Of a stretch of 64,000 nt of DNA, positions 41,186 to 55,338 are shown one piece after another; within the stretch, counting starts at the first letter, position 1; each line of letters begins with the position of its first letter. The DNA lies in assembly GCF_006345805.1 (NCBI RefSeq), contig NC_043002.1, positions 26,660,001 through 26,724,000 of the forward strand. The letters run 5' to 3'. The stretch comes from Octopus sinensis. Taxonomy: Eukaryota. Under the pieces are notes generated by a model. It did not search any database. It was not told where the DNA came from and worked only from the letters and a program-made list of their open reading frames with translations. The translations under genes and the position numbers were made by a program.

Positions 41186-43029
41186 GCTTTCTTTTTATGT
41201 GATTTCTTTTTATGTGCTTTCTTTTTATGTGATTTCTTTTACTTAAAATATTAGTGAATTGGTCAATAAGTTGTTCTAATATGAATAATTAAAAATAAAC
41301 TTCTTGTAAATATCAATGCACAACAGGAATATCGTGCCGTATCTTGTTATAGTGTTTCGGAGGTTAGATGGCAATAGCAATATCTATAATGATAGAAACA
41401 CTGAAAATGAATATCATATACACCAACAACTAACTAGCTTAAGACACCTGAGCCAATGGACTACCCTATACATTGTCTATTAAGTACCCTACTAGAGATG
41501 GGATGCAAATCTTCCTCTAATTTCAGCTTCGAATCAACACAATCCTACAAATACGTTTGCAATGCTGTACTTATATTCATATAGTTGCTATTGTACTTTA
41601 ATAGGTTTCCGCTATGAATCTTCTCCACACCATTCCGGTCTTTAAGTACATATCCATAAATTTTGCTTTTCAAAAAGAGATCCAATTAACTTTGATTAAG
41701 TGTCTCGTGATGAATATGCCAATTATTGTGTATAAATGCTGAGTATAAAATTTAGATATAGGCCATAAATATTGAGATAAATTCTTTACAAATTTCAATT
41801 CACAAATTGTTCAGATAGTTTACATTGTGTTATTAACAAGTATCGAATTTTAGAGAAAATGATATTTGCTCGAAGGAAACTAGAAAACAATTACCTGTTA
41901 CACAATCGATATAATGTGATAAAGTATGAGCTGTTCTCCAATTAACGTTTTGCATATTTAATACTTAATTATTTTAGATTGCGGATGTGGATATCGTAGT
42001 ATCGAAGGAAGAATTGATTATCATTATGAAAATAAACTTAATTTCCATTTATTACCACATTGCTCTTGCGATACAAATATTGAATAGTAGTTTTATTCAT
42101 TTAAATGTTGTAATAATATTAAGTTACCTATCCCCACCACCCCGCTTTTATTGTTTAAACATCAATACAGTATTTGGGATATCAGCCTTATCCTGATATA
42201 AATTTTTACAAAAACAAACAAGAATGAAAAAATGACATTATTGAATATATTGCTCAAACTACAATAGTTATTCTTGTGAATATTTTATTTTTGCTTCTTT
42301 GAAAGGAAATAGTATAGAATAGTTTTGCCAGTTCTATTCCAGTCTGTACCGTCAAATGTACAATATCGACAAGGCCCATCCTCAAAAATATTCCAGTCGT
42401 TATTATCTGTCATTGTGTATATCTCTTAAGATAATGTCTATGTCGTTTCATTTCGAAGACGATATCGTGTGGTTTGAGGTAAATTTGATTGCTATTTCTT
42501 ACAAGTCGAGAAAGCAGTTACTGGTATGATTTACGTCTACGTTATGGTGTTATACTCAATCCATTTCCTAGTTTAATGCCAACATTAGTTTCTCTGTGTC
42601 TTTCGGAAAATACATAGAGGTGCAAGCATAGCGAAAAGGTCACGAGCACTATCTGAAGATGTTAACTGTTTCCTCCCTCTTCTCTTCATTGTTTATGAAA
42701 TTGTGCAGAAAGGTAGTGAATATGGCCTTTCTTTCTTTTAATGATTTATCTAGCAATATACATTATACAAGCGGATTAATTTTCTTCCAATGGACATTTG
42801 TGGAAGTATTGATTTCTATCTTTGTTTATCTACTGAATGCAATTCTGGTCATTTTAACTGTGAATCTATTTACTCAGTGTTTTATGCATCATAAGATTAT
42901 AACTAAGTTATAATTATCAGAAGTACATTGCACGTAAATATGAATATGGGGTTAATATGAGGAAATGTCAATCATGTGAATCTTGTTTTAGTTCTACTGC
43001 TTTGGACTGTCGTCTACTATAGTCTAAAG

Positions 43030-43066
<37 letters not shown>

Positions 43067-43069
43067 TGA

Positions 43070-43225
43070 AGGCGCATGGCTCAGTGGTTAGAGTGTCGGA
43101 CTCACCATCATGAGGTAGTGAGTTCAATTCCCTGAAAGGGCTGTGTGTTCTGTTTTGAACAAGACACTATTTCAAGTTGCTACAGTTCACTCACCTGTAG
43201 AAATGAGTTGTGACGTCACGGGTAC
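43070..43225 (+). mobile_element. tRNA-derived SINE head (family C-like)
   Basis: ggcgcatggctcagtggttagagtgtcggactc (A box) and gagttcaattccc (B box); no tRNA acceptor stem. Confidence 0.75.
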
Positions 43226-43237
43226 CAAATCTATCTA

Positions 43238-43274
<37 letters not shown>

Positions 43275-43757
43275 GTATATTTGTGCGTGTGTGTATATCT
43301 GCGAGAAATGGCGATGAATAGGCAAAAGTACTAATGAGTCGGAGAGAAAACCTTGCGCCAATTATTTTGGTTACTTCTTAATTTTTGCTTTTTATTTCAC
43401 TTTTAGCAGGACCTACTATTCTTTATAGAACATTCCAGCTTGGTGAGAGGGAAAAATTAAGAGACTTTCAAACTGGAGACCATATTCCAATGTTTCCCAA
43501 GACAGTGAACTCTGGTAAACGCACACATGGACCAACTGGCGCAAGTTTTACAACATTCTATAGTTTCCACAGTAGTCTGTTACTTCACTAACCATGACGA
43601 AGCGATACACATCCACACACTCTCAGAAACACACACACACACACACACACACATACACACACACATATATATATATATATGCATATTAATATTTCTAAGT
43701 CTCTCTGAAGGAGACTACGACAGCGCTACTGGATATTAATAGTTATCGACAAACTAA

Positions 43758-44100
43758 CATGGCAGTCCAGAAAAATGGACGAATGCTGCTGTTGATTAGC
43801 TCCAAGAGGCCGTCGCCTCTTGCTAGCTATGTGTCAGACGAACCTGTGTTCATAATAATCTTTGTACAGGGGAGGTCAGCCGCTTCCCTTTGCCGGTCTG
43901 ACATCTACATATTAGTTTCAGGGTATTTGCCCCTTATCAATGTAGAACAGCCGAACTAGGGGAAGGTGGGGAAGTGGCTGACCTCCCCTGTTCGAAGGTT
44001 ATAAAGGGCACAGTTTCGTGTGTGACATAGCTAGCTAGAGGCGATGGCCTCTTGGAGTTAATCAACGGCAGCATTCGTACTATTTTTCTGGACTGTCATG
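43758..44100. mobile_element. MITE with about 130 bp diverged terminal inverted repeats
   Basis: catggcagtccagaaaaat...aggggaggtcagcc / ggctgacctcccct...atttttctggactgtcatg; flanks ctaa / ttaa. Confidence 0.85.
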
Positions 44101-44724
44101 TTAATTTGGTTTTAACTATTAATGTATATATATATATATATTAATGTATTATATATATACATATATATATATATTAATGTATATATATTAATGTATATAT
44201 ATATAATTGGTGGTAGAACTTACCTGTCATTTATTTCGATGACACCACTTTTTCTTTTATGGAGACCTTAATGTTACATGCACATGGGTCATAAATTTCT
44301 TGTCTGGTATATTCTTCCTCCTTTATTGATACTAGTCTAGGACACCAGCGGGACGGCCCGGAACGCTATACTTCTGTTTTTTTTTTGTTTTTTATCTGAG
44401 CATAAATGAAAATAATCCCTAAACTCTTACTGGTTTCTTAAATGATATTCTCCTGTAGAATGTGTTAAGTTATCTACGATTGCTTTATATAATATGCAAT
44501 ATAATACACTACAAACGAAAAAAAAAAAGATCGGTCTATGATAAGTTGTTGGTATTGCTAACACACATGTGAGATCTAATCGAGGAGGTCTATGAACAGC
44601 AATATTCCAGCTGTTGCCAAAGAATATAAGAAGATGACTTACAGTCTCATTTGCCAGCCTATTTAGTATGGGTGATACGATATTTTTTGACATAATCGTA
44701 TTAATATCTCTCTTGTTCATTCTA

Positions 44725-44765
<41 letters not shown>

Positions 44766-45156
44766 TCTCTCTGTCTGTCTGTCTGTCTCTCGTTTTACAT
44801 TTCACCTAATAATGAAATTGCTAACAGGCAACTTCGGATAACACAGTTGTAGATGACAGTTGTAAGTAAGGACCTTAGAGTGTAATGATCCAACCCTTAT
44901 GGAATTTTTTTTTACCTATGCTTAGATGACTTTAGATAAATTGTAATTATTTTTCTCTCTCCCACTCGCTCTCATTCTATCTGTATGTTAATATTCCTGC
45001 GCCTTCGTGCATGCGTGTGTGTGTGTGTGTTTGCCTCCAATGCCAAAAAGTACTATATGTGAAACAATTTCAGTGACCAGTCAGTCGTGCAAACCCGTCA
45101 GCGTCTTAACAGCAGCAACCAATCATCTCATTCCGTTCACCCAATATACTTTTTTA

Positions 45157-45540
45157 AGTCGGCGAGCTGGCAGAAACGTTAGCACGCCGGGCGAAATGCT
45201 TAGCGGTATTTCGTCTGCCGCTACGTTCTGAGTTCAAATTCCGCGAAGTTCGACTTTGCCTTTCATCCTTTCGGGGTCGATTAAATAAGTACCAGTTACG
45301 CACTGGGGTCGATATAATCGACTTAATCCGTTTGTCTGTTTTTGTTTGTCCCTTCTGTGTTTAGCCCCTTGTTGGTAGTAAAGAAATAGGTATTTCGTCT
45401 GCCGTTACGTTATGAGTTCAAATTCCGCCGAGGTCGACTTTGCTTTTCATCCTTTCCGGGTTGATTAAATAATTACCAGTTACGTACTTGGGTTGTTGTA
45501 ATCGACTTAATCCCTTTGTCTGTACATTGGTAGGCCATTA
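45157..45540 (+). mobile_element. SINE family A with a tandem partial second copy
   Basis: Full copy 45157-45388; restarts at ggtatttcgtctgccgttacg (about 45389-45540). Confidence 0.85.
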
Positions 45541-45659
45541 AAATAAACACACCAAATTGTCCATTTACAGAGTCATGTGATAGAGAAAAAGGTGAAGAAA
45601 GAAAGAGAGAAAAAATAAAAAATAAGTAAACAAAGAATATACAAAGAAAAAGGTTAAGG

Positions 45660-46770
45660 AAATTCATAGCGACAATGCCCTTCTCAATATGTGTGACGTA
45701 GCAGTTAAGACAATCTTTTGCACTTATTGTATGGATGGTAAGCCAGGGATCATTTTAAAGTAATTTTCAGTTCTTTTTTTTATCATTCCTAGTGCTCATA
45801 CAGTCATTGATACTGTAACTGTTTTGAGATCCCATATCTTTTCGATTTCAATGAGTAAATGTTTATATTTTCTGAGCTTATCAAATTCATTTGCAGAGAT
45901 ATTATGGACACAAGGTATGCTCATATCAATCAATAAACAAACTTTATTATTTTGGTCTTTCACAACAACAGCTAGTTTGTTTGCTATGATTGCCCGGTCT
46001 GTACATACTGGGAAGTCCCAGATAATAGTTACATATTCTCCCTCTGTTACAGCCCCAGAGTGATGCTTGTACCATTTCTCAGCAGTTTTGATTTTATAAT
46101 GCCGACACGTTATCCTGTGTAGATATTGGCGATCTCTGTCATGTCTTGATTTATACTCTAGAGGTACTAAAACCCTACATCCAGAGATTAGGTGGTCAAC
46201 AGTTTCAAAACCATCGTTGTAGTATCGGCACTTTGGTCTACACCATTTTCCCTCACATTAGCTTGATAATTCCAGGTCAATAAGCTCTGATCTTAGGCAA
46301 ACAAGATAAAGCTTTCACTTTCTGCCTTTATCCCTGAGCTCCGTAGCCACTGATGGGTGTACTTCTGTCTACATTAGCTTGTTTGCTACGGACCATACAT
46401 TAGCAATGCATTATCGTCTTTACCATAGAGTTTTAAGTCATCCGTATAAAATAGATGACTTATTTTCATGTCGCCAATTTTATATCCATAAACTGTGCTG
46501 TTAAGTTCATTTGTTTGCTATTATGTACATTTAAAGGCACTTTTGATAATATTCACAGATTAAAATGTTTCTTTGAATTACATAGACAATATATTTCTTA
46601 GAATATGAGCAGTTCGCATAGGCACTATTTTTGAAATTTCTTCCATTTGTGGATTTCCTGGTATCTGAGATAGGGAACAACCAGCCCATTTTGCAATCAT
46701 CCTTCGGGCGCTTATGACAACAGGTATTCTTTTAATCTTCAGATTCCAAATCTTACCAATTGCTATTTCA
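45660..46770 (-). mobile_element. Composite of old R4/Dong-like LINE fragments
   Basis: HLFYTDDLKLYGKD (RT), HQWLRSSGIKAE, CR...ETVDHLISGC, SRHD, CLLIDMSIP, SHILRRALSL*; a second C-terminus (TAHILRNILSM*) at about 46570-46770. Confidence 0.85.
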
Positions 46771-46824
46771 AGATCTTTATATTTGCTTAACCAGTTTCTA
46801 TTTCAAGATATTTATATTTGCTCA

Positions 46825-46838
46825 TTCTTCTTCTTCTT

Positions 46839-46869
<31 letters not shown>

Positions 46870-46915
46870 GTCGTCGTCGTCGTTGTCGTAGTAGTAGTAG
46901 TAGTAGCAGCAGTTA
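46825..46915. repeat. (TTC)n/(GTC)n/(GTA)n microsatellite
   Basis: Direct reading. Confidence 0.9.
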
Positions 46916-49404
46916 TAGTAACTTGACGACTTTTATGAAAGTGACATTCATAAGAGAGTATTGTTGTATTTAAAAGAGATTTATCTGTGAAATACATTAG
47001 GTGGGCGACAATAGCGAGATTCCTTCGTTGCATCGTCTGTGTCATACAGTCAATTAGTTGGAAAACGTAACTACACCGAAAACTAGCTATGAGAAATCAT
47101 TTAACCATCAGAGTTTGTCACATGAATTTAATACTGTTGTATAAAACAATGATATTACATCCTTGTATTTTAGGTGAAACTTCCTTCTTTACCTTTTTTC
47201 TCCGATTAACATCATTAAAAGCTGTGCCATTACTACAACTCATTAGCTAATGAGATATTCTCACGCATCTGTTGTTACAATCTTTTCTTCTAATCTCTTA
47301 ATCCTACTTCCGATTATTTTGTTCGTCATCCCCAGAGAAAATTTTCATATCAGCCTCAAACACTAGATCTCTTCTGACATCCTTTACCACCAGTACGTAT
47401 GCCTTATTCTCTGTAATGATATTTTACTCTCTCGGATACTGAACCGGTCTAAGAATATACGACAGAAAAATATCAGTACCACAAGACATTATTTGATATC
47501 TCCTCAATACTGAATGATTCTTTTTTTTTTTTCCTTTCGGCAAATGGAATCGCCCGGTAACCGAGTACATATCGCGGTAAAGAGGCATCAGAGGATCTGA
47601 AATGAATAAGAAAAGCATCAACGTCTATTTTCACTGTCTGTATCATTCTTTCAAACATTCGGTCATATGCGGAGTAGTATGGGTATATATCAAAATGTTT
47701 GCAGTTTATGTTCGTAGGCCACACTAACAAGAGTTCATTACAGGTCTCTAAAACTATCTGAAACCAATGTTTGTAGAAGGCCATTCCATATAAATAGAGT
47801 TCTTAAAACTTTGGGCACCCTTTCAGCAGACCGGTCATTAATCATGATGATTTCTCTCAAACCAAACAGAACATCAAATATGATAAACAATTCAGCATTC
47901 GGAACACAGCCATGATTCATATGTACACGTGACTATGGTTGCGTTTCTTTAATTAGCGAAGTCTGCTCAAAAACGTTTCTTATGGGTATAATCTGATGGC
48001 ATTTAGAACCATTTCAAATATAATTTTTGACATAATTAGAATAACCAAGCTGCCATGCAGCTTCACAATGAACGTCCATCAAGTTGCTTTTTTATGGAAA
48101 TAAGCCACCATAGCGCAGAGACAACAATGTCCTCATTCACCAGTTAATGTTTTTAACATTGCTTCAATGTAATGAGATAAACAATCATTGAGAGTTTATT
48201 CTTTCTATTCGTTTTGATTCGATCAACAATCCTACGCGAAACTGCAACATTCTTTGTTTCAGTCTGTAACTGTTTCATTTTCAATACATCTGCTTCCACG
48301 TAATAAATAAATGATATATGTATTGCATTTTCTTCTGACTTTATTGGCTCATTAAAATTAATTAATGAAAGAGCATCAACAGCCTTATATAAAACCTTGT
48401 TCCCAAAAGCAGCAATTTGAATTTGCATGTTACGTTATGCAGTTCCCTTTTGCATTTGTCAGTTCTCAAGAAATATTCTTGTCTTAATAAAATATGCAGA
48501 CTATCGACAAAGACAATCTTTCAATATGAGAATAGTTACATTCATCTTCAGATACACATCATAACAAATAAGAAAGGTCATTCTAAGCCAGTACCCTGAT
48601 ATTGAATGTTGACTAGCATCTATTGTGACCATGACCTCTTTTGTTTTATTAGATATCTATACAAAAATATATTTCAGATATATCCCTTTAATATTTGAAA
48701 GAATGTATGTGCCTTCTTTCATGAAAACGTTGATGGCTTTCTTCACAGGGCTGCAATTCCAGTGACTTTTTCAAGAATATGCAAGAATAATTTCATAAGA
48801 GACTGTCATTTCCAAAAAATAATATCCATATCAGGTAAACTTGTTTTTATTTATTATTGGAAGTCATCAATCTTTAATGCAAATATTCGTCTGATAAATT
48901 GTCATACCGGGGACATCTAATGCATTTTCCAACGTACATTAAATATAACGTTGTTCTTATAGCGCATAACAGGCATATCCAAAGCAATACCCCGAGGGAC
49001 ATCTTCCCTCTTCTTATTTCCTGGGCATCATCAGAAACTGGGATTCAAAGGTAAGCCACATGTTCTTTGTGATAAGAATGACATCGTTGTCGAGTTATCC
49101 TTCCAATTGTACATTGATTTTACAGAAGCCAGTGCGTTGGATGCTCTGTCCCAATTACGAAGATATTGATCGACACTTAGTCATTACCTGTATCACAATC
49201 AACTTTCTAAACTCTCTCACATTTCTCCTCAGAATATGGACAGACTGACTGAAATAGTACACTTTCTCATATTATCGGTATAGCCACAAAACTAAAATGT
49301 AAAGGGTCATTTTGTCAACATGTGACACTGACAAAAATCTGTATCATTTTAAACTACTGAATGTTTTTTAAAATTTTTGATATGCCATTTTCAAGCCTAA
49401 TCAG

Positions 49405-49638
49405 GCTCATGGACCCTGTTTCGCGGTTTCTGTGGCGTATGTGTTCCTCCCAGCTGGACGGGACGCCAGTCCATTGCAGCGTTACTCAAGAAACAGGAAG
49501 AAAGAGTGAGAGAAAGTTGTGGCGAAAGAAAGCCTCGTGGATCTTTAGATGTTTTCGCTCAATAAACACACACAACACTCGGTCTGGGAATCGAAACCGC
49601 GATACTCCGACCGCGAGTTTGCTGCTCTAACCAGTGGG
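49405..49638 (-). mobile_element. SINE family C variant, partial
   Basis: acaggaagaaagagtgagagaaagttgtgg...gggaatcgaaaccgcg shared with 16812-17168. Confidence 0.75.
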
Positions 49639-51284
49639 CAATACAAATTAACAACAGCGATGTGCAGGATTTAATTCATCATCAATATGTTGCAACAGCC
49701 ATTTTCTCTGCAACTAATTAAATTCACAAAAGAATCAAAGGCGTATGCCTTCTGTTAAACTTTCATAATGTGTCTCAGTGTCAGAGAGCTTGCCTTTCAG
49801 CAACAACATACTTCTTTGATATTATCGAGAATGTCGTAATCTTTTATATCTATGAAGTTCCTCTCACCTCTCACATTTGGTTACATTACAGAGACTCTTA
49901 ATATATTCATCTCAGGCTTTAGTTATGAAGAGAGTTGGTATTTGTTTACTATTTTCAGAGTTCTGGAGGTTTATTGTCCTAGAACTTGTTGAAAGATATT
50001 GTAAGCTAGTGTTACTAAAATTAAGTTCAGGTACTTCTAATTCTCCAAATCCTGTCGGCAGCGCCATTATTACGCTGTCAAGAGGGGATGAAAAAGTTGA
50101 CTACTCTGAAAAGAAAGCCGTATAATATGAATTGTGATAGAATTTATTTGAAACCAAATATAAATGAAACAGCCATGTATGTATATCTTACGCCAATATC
50201 TACACATCTATAAAACCGGTAATGTTCAACAAAAATAATTTGAAATATATTCGATCCACTTTAGTTGCATTTACGCACAGTTGAGGCTATTGACATCTTA
50301 AATGCTGTGAGAACCAATGATTGGTGGATTCGTTGAAAATGAATGACGCAAACGTTGGTAAGTAAAAATAGAAAATAAAATAAAAATAAAACAAAAACAT
50401 ACTATACAATATAAATTTTGAAATGTTTATTCACACAACCGATTTATATTTTTAATGATATCCTCTTATATTTAATTGAAGAGTGTGTGAGAAAATTATT
50501 TTATAGAGCAGGCAAATATTTAAACCTCCTTTATGTTAATCACATACTCCTTAATTCAAGTAAAGAAAACAATGCAGTATATAAATAAAGGAACATCATA
50601 TATCTTTTAATTATATCGGCTTATCCTTTTCTAATTAATATGCGGGAGAAAAGAAACAGAGATTAATATGTAAAGTAAATATGAATATTTAAGCCTTTTT
50701 ATAATTTTCAGAAAGTTTTAATAGGATTTTAAATGCAATTGTAAATTGGATTTCAGCATTATCTTTTGTTTAAATATACATTCTACTTAAGTAAATTACA
50801 AGCTAAGCGGGAATATGTAGGTGGTGAAATCATCTACATATATGTATATATTTGTATATATGTATATCAGCATCAAATCTCTCTCAATATCACATCAGCC
50901 ATATAAAAAATAGAATGGTATATTACACAGATTGTTACTAAATAAAAGACAAGATAGCCATGGATGGAATGATTTTTATATCATAGGCCTCTTCGATATA
51001 CGTTGATCAACTATTGCCTTTTATTTTCAAAAAAACTTCTACCATGTCGTAAATCTCATGACTGTTCGAAAGATGGTTAGTGTATAAATGCACCATTAAT
51101 AACAACACTGTTTATAACAAAAAGAAATTAATAGCACAAAACAATATACAACAAATAGTTTTAATTCAAACTATATTGTAAAAAGAAACAACTTCCGAAT
51201 TTTTCAGTCAAGTCCATTATAGAAGCAGAGCTTTTCTAGTTCAAATATTCAAAAACTCTCTCTTTTTGTAAATTATGTAATTTC

Positions 51285-51608
51285 AGCTGGCACTCCGTCG
51301 GTTACGTTGACGAGGGATCCAGTTGAACCGATCAAGGGAAGAGCCTGCTCATGAAATTAACGTGCATGTGGCTGAACACTCCGCAGACACGTGAACACTT
51401 AACGTAGTTCCCAGGGAAATTCAGCGACACATAGAGTGTGACAATGTTGACCTTTGAAACACAGGTACTACGCAATTTTGTCAGTTGAGTGGACTGGAGC
51501 AACGAGAAATAAAGTGTCATGCTCAAGGACACAATGCGTCGTTGAGAATTGAACTTACGATCTTGCGATCGTGAGCCGAATACCCTAACCAACAAGCCAT
51601 GCGCATTC
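51285..51608 (-). mobile_element. SINE family C
   Basis: ccagttgaaccgatcaagggaagagcctgctcatgaaattaacgtgc body; tRNA-like head at the right end. Confidence 0.82.
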
Positions 51609-52312
51609 ACAAAATTATGTAATATTTATAGGCAAAACGTTAAGCGAGTACTGTGTACGAATTAGAACATTCATTAAAATTACACCATAGGAAGCCTGAG
51701 ATAGAAAACAATATTAAGGCTACTATAACTTGTAACAGCATAATTTATAAAAGAAATTGTAAGTACGATAATTTATCAGAGAAATTCATACCTTCAGAAA
51801 GGAAGAAAAAAATATAATTGATAAGATTAATTAACACGATTCTATTAATAAAACTCTTCTTTCAAATGTTCAAAGCGAAGATAAAAAAATACTAATTATT
51901 AACGACTGTTGAAGTTAAATAGTGATTATGAATGAAATATGGTGCACCATAGTCGTCATAATTATTCTCATTTTCATGCTGCTCATCATCATCAAACGTT
52001 TTAACTTCCACTTTTATGAGGTTGTATGGGTCAGAGGTATTTCATTCGGGCAGATTTTCTAAGGCTTGGTAACATTCGTGTCACCAACATGCATTTGTTC
52101 CCCAGCATCGTAACATTTCAATATGGTCAGGTATGAAAGATTGGTAAAGAACATCACTTGTACGATTATGACTCGTTTACAAACAACATCTAGTGTTGAG
52201 AAAATCACACACACACATACACACGCACACACACACATGCACACACCTACGCACGCGCGCACACACATATTTACTATGTGTGTATATATGTACATAAAAT
52301 ATCATGATTATA

Positions 52313-52345
<33 letters not shown>

Positions 52346-52714
52346 ATTAATAATAATAATAATAAAAATAGCCAGCAAGCTTAACCAATATAGGTGAATA
52401 TACAGAAAAATTTAGGGCATGAAAATGTGTACCAGCTATACTATGAAAGAAGAACAAACTCGCCTAAGCCACATATTTCTTACTATAAAAAAAACACGCA
52501 TATTTAATATAGTTAAGCTTGCTGGCATAGTTAATATAGCGAATATAAGAAAAAAGCCCTTACCTTTGCAAAAACACTCAGAAAAGTACAGTCATATCAG
52601 TATCAATTGATTTCACCTTTAGTGCCAAAGACTCAGGATCATCAGCTGCGCTTACTGCCAAAGGAAACATTGACCGATTTCCAACATGGTGAAGTGAGAA
52701 TTATACATTATTAA

Positions 52715-53125
52715 GGTGGCTGTTAACAATTTACAAACGAAAGGGAACACTAAGGTAACGGAGGTTGCTAGTGAGGTCCGGCATTGCTAAATAAGAGTAA
52801 AAACAACTCTTAGTCACATAAGAGAACTTTTCTAACGACTGACAAAGAAGACAAGATCCTATGGCGTTGTCTGTAAGGCTGATAGGGTGAGTGAGGTTCT
52901 TTCACCCTCGCTGACGGAGTAATGGGTCGCTGATCAAGATTAGTTAAATCTGAAATCAGTACTGATATGACTGCATCTTGCTTGTCTCACTTGTTAGTCG
53001 TTAGAAAAGTGTTCTCACGTAGCTACGAGTTGCTTTGACTCTCATTTCTAGCAATGCCGGTCCACCCTCCGTCACCTAAGTGACGACTACACCTGCATTT
53101 CGGTTGTAAATTGCGAATAGTCACC
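52715..53125. mobile_element. MITE with about 150 bp degenerate TIRs, Kolobok-like termini
   Basis: ttaa|ggtggctgtt...ccggcattgcta...ttttctaacgact / agtcgttagaaaa...tagcaatgccgg...atagtcacc|tttg; GG...CC ends next to TTAA. Confidence 0.7.
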
Positions 53126-53772
53126 TTTGGGTTCAGCTTCCAAATTTTTTTCAGCTAAATGTACACATGAAACCTTCGTTGGTCCAGCGTTATTTAACAC
53201 GACACTTGCCAAGGATGCATCGCCATGAAAGTAGACCTGAAACCACGGGGTTTGTAAGCAAGCGTCTTAACCACATAACCAAACATACAAAAATTAATTA
53301 CGGAATAAATTTTGTGAGTACCTTCTATAGAATACTCTGATGAAATATAATCTAAGCTGGTAGCATTTATCATTGGTGAAAGTAAATGAGGATATATACA
53401 GAAAGAAATCATATAACATTATAATTGTGTAAATATTTAGAGATAGGATTATAAAGTAGGATTATAAATAACGAATTCATATGAACAAAATACTTAAATG
53501 AATTCATATGAAGATGCTTAAATAATATAATAGTAACAAACTTAATCTAACCACTGGAAGAACGTTAAAGAAATCTTATAGAAGAGAATATATTATGCAG
53601 AAGTACCGAGGAATCCAAACTTTATCAACTACAGTGATAGCTTGAAGATGTGTGGAAATATAGGAAGAATTAGAAAAAATATATACTTATCAAATAAGCA
53701 TTATTAGAATATCTTATGTGTGTGCGTATGTACACACACGCATACACACACATGCAGACACACATATATACA

Positions 53773-53809
<37 letters not shown>

Positions 53810-55285
53810 CACACACACACACACACACCCACGCACGCACTGATGTTCCGTGCTGCTGTCGCAAATTCTGCGTGGTCAACCTTGACCAATCCTAAACTCA
53901 TCACCCCACTTTCGTCATTTTCGAACTCCAGATCGTTTATCATCCACTCATTCTCTATATATGACCACAACGGTTGTTGTCCCTGACTTCATGCTCAAAT
54001 TTCATGTTCAGAATATTACAAATTTTGCTGGTACTAGCTTTCTAGATTCGTTCTACGTACTTCCCAAAGCTAATGGTCGAAGCAGAACTTATAATCGTGT
54101 CAGCATAGAGACATCCTATGAAAACAATGGAAGAATAATAGAACACAATACACAGTATGTGTAAATCTCAAATGGAATAACTCTGACTTACTCGTATAAA
54201 ATAGGGATTGCATATTACCTGTTTCTGTATCCAGTTTCGTATGACTTATGTTCAGACGTAATTTGTTTTCGTGCATTCATCCATGTTTATGACTATAGCA
54301 TATATTTAGAAGAAAATTTATTTGTTAATTTTTGCAGGTCGACCAACTACGTAGAGCATCCTTTATTGGTTCAACTATAAGCAGTGCAATGAAGGCGGTA
54401 TCTTTCCTACTAAATCCTCATAAAATATATAAAAAGCTATCATATCCATCACGTCATTACAGTAAATTCCTCAAACAAAATTGGAGCTATGCTGCGCATT
54501 ACTCTGGAAATGTGCAAAGCAACAACAGACTAAAGAACCGAAAACATATACAGAGAATCACAAAGGAGCTTATGAAATTCATCACTGGATTATACTGAGT
54601 GTATTTTTTTAATGTTGAATGGTAACTATCTACAAACCATAAGAGTTCTCCATCATATATGATCAGCGCAAAAATAAAATAGGAACCTAAAATAAACTAC
54701 AAAAGGAAACCAACAATGCTGAGCATTATACACATTTTTGTTTTCAGATAAATGTGTACACAACAGCAATGATTTTCGTTTCAATGTGTATTTCGACAAA
54801 ACTGCCAAAGAGTTGTTATTTAGCCATGTGTGCACGTAAATGACTAATTTTCTTAAATTTGGTATTGAAAGTTTGTCGTTTATCACCGTGTGTGCGCTGA
54901 TCTAGAAAATTGAAAGCCTTGCCGGATCCAGTCATACTAATTTGGTATTAATTCAGTCATAATATCTCTAATGTATAGCATACGTCTTAGTATTGGTGTC
55001 AAAAAGTTGTTTTTTAGTCTCAGGCCAAATGTGTCCCAGCAGACCTAGATATCACGTAGCCGAGCTGCGGCATCTAATAATCCTACTATAGTTACATTAT
55101 CTAATTTGTCCAAAAGATTCTATGCTTATCGCCTGGTATGTTTATATATTTTCCAGTTATTGTATCACCGAGATGGGAACTACGTTTCAAACCATCACGT
55201 TATGCTATATAAGTTTGGTTGATATGTCTATCCATCGTCGAGATTTAAATTCAAGCTGTACATATTATATTTACCTCACCCCCAA

Positions 55286-55318
<33 letters not shown>

Positions 55319-55338
55319 TGTATGTATGTATGTATGTA

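Noticed and set aside
41172-41245. 15 bp tandem repeat tttttatgtg(c/a)tttc
   Set aside because: Simple slippage at a SINE edge.
43070-43150. tRNA gene (also the SINE heads at 17168, 19445, 45157)
   Set aside because: A and B boxes are present but there is no cloverleaf or acceptor stem, and each runs into a SINE body.
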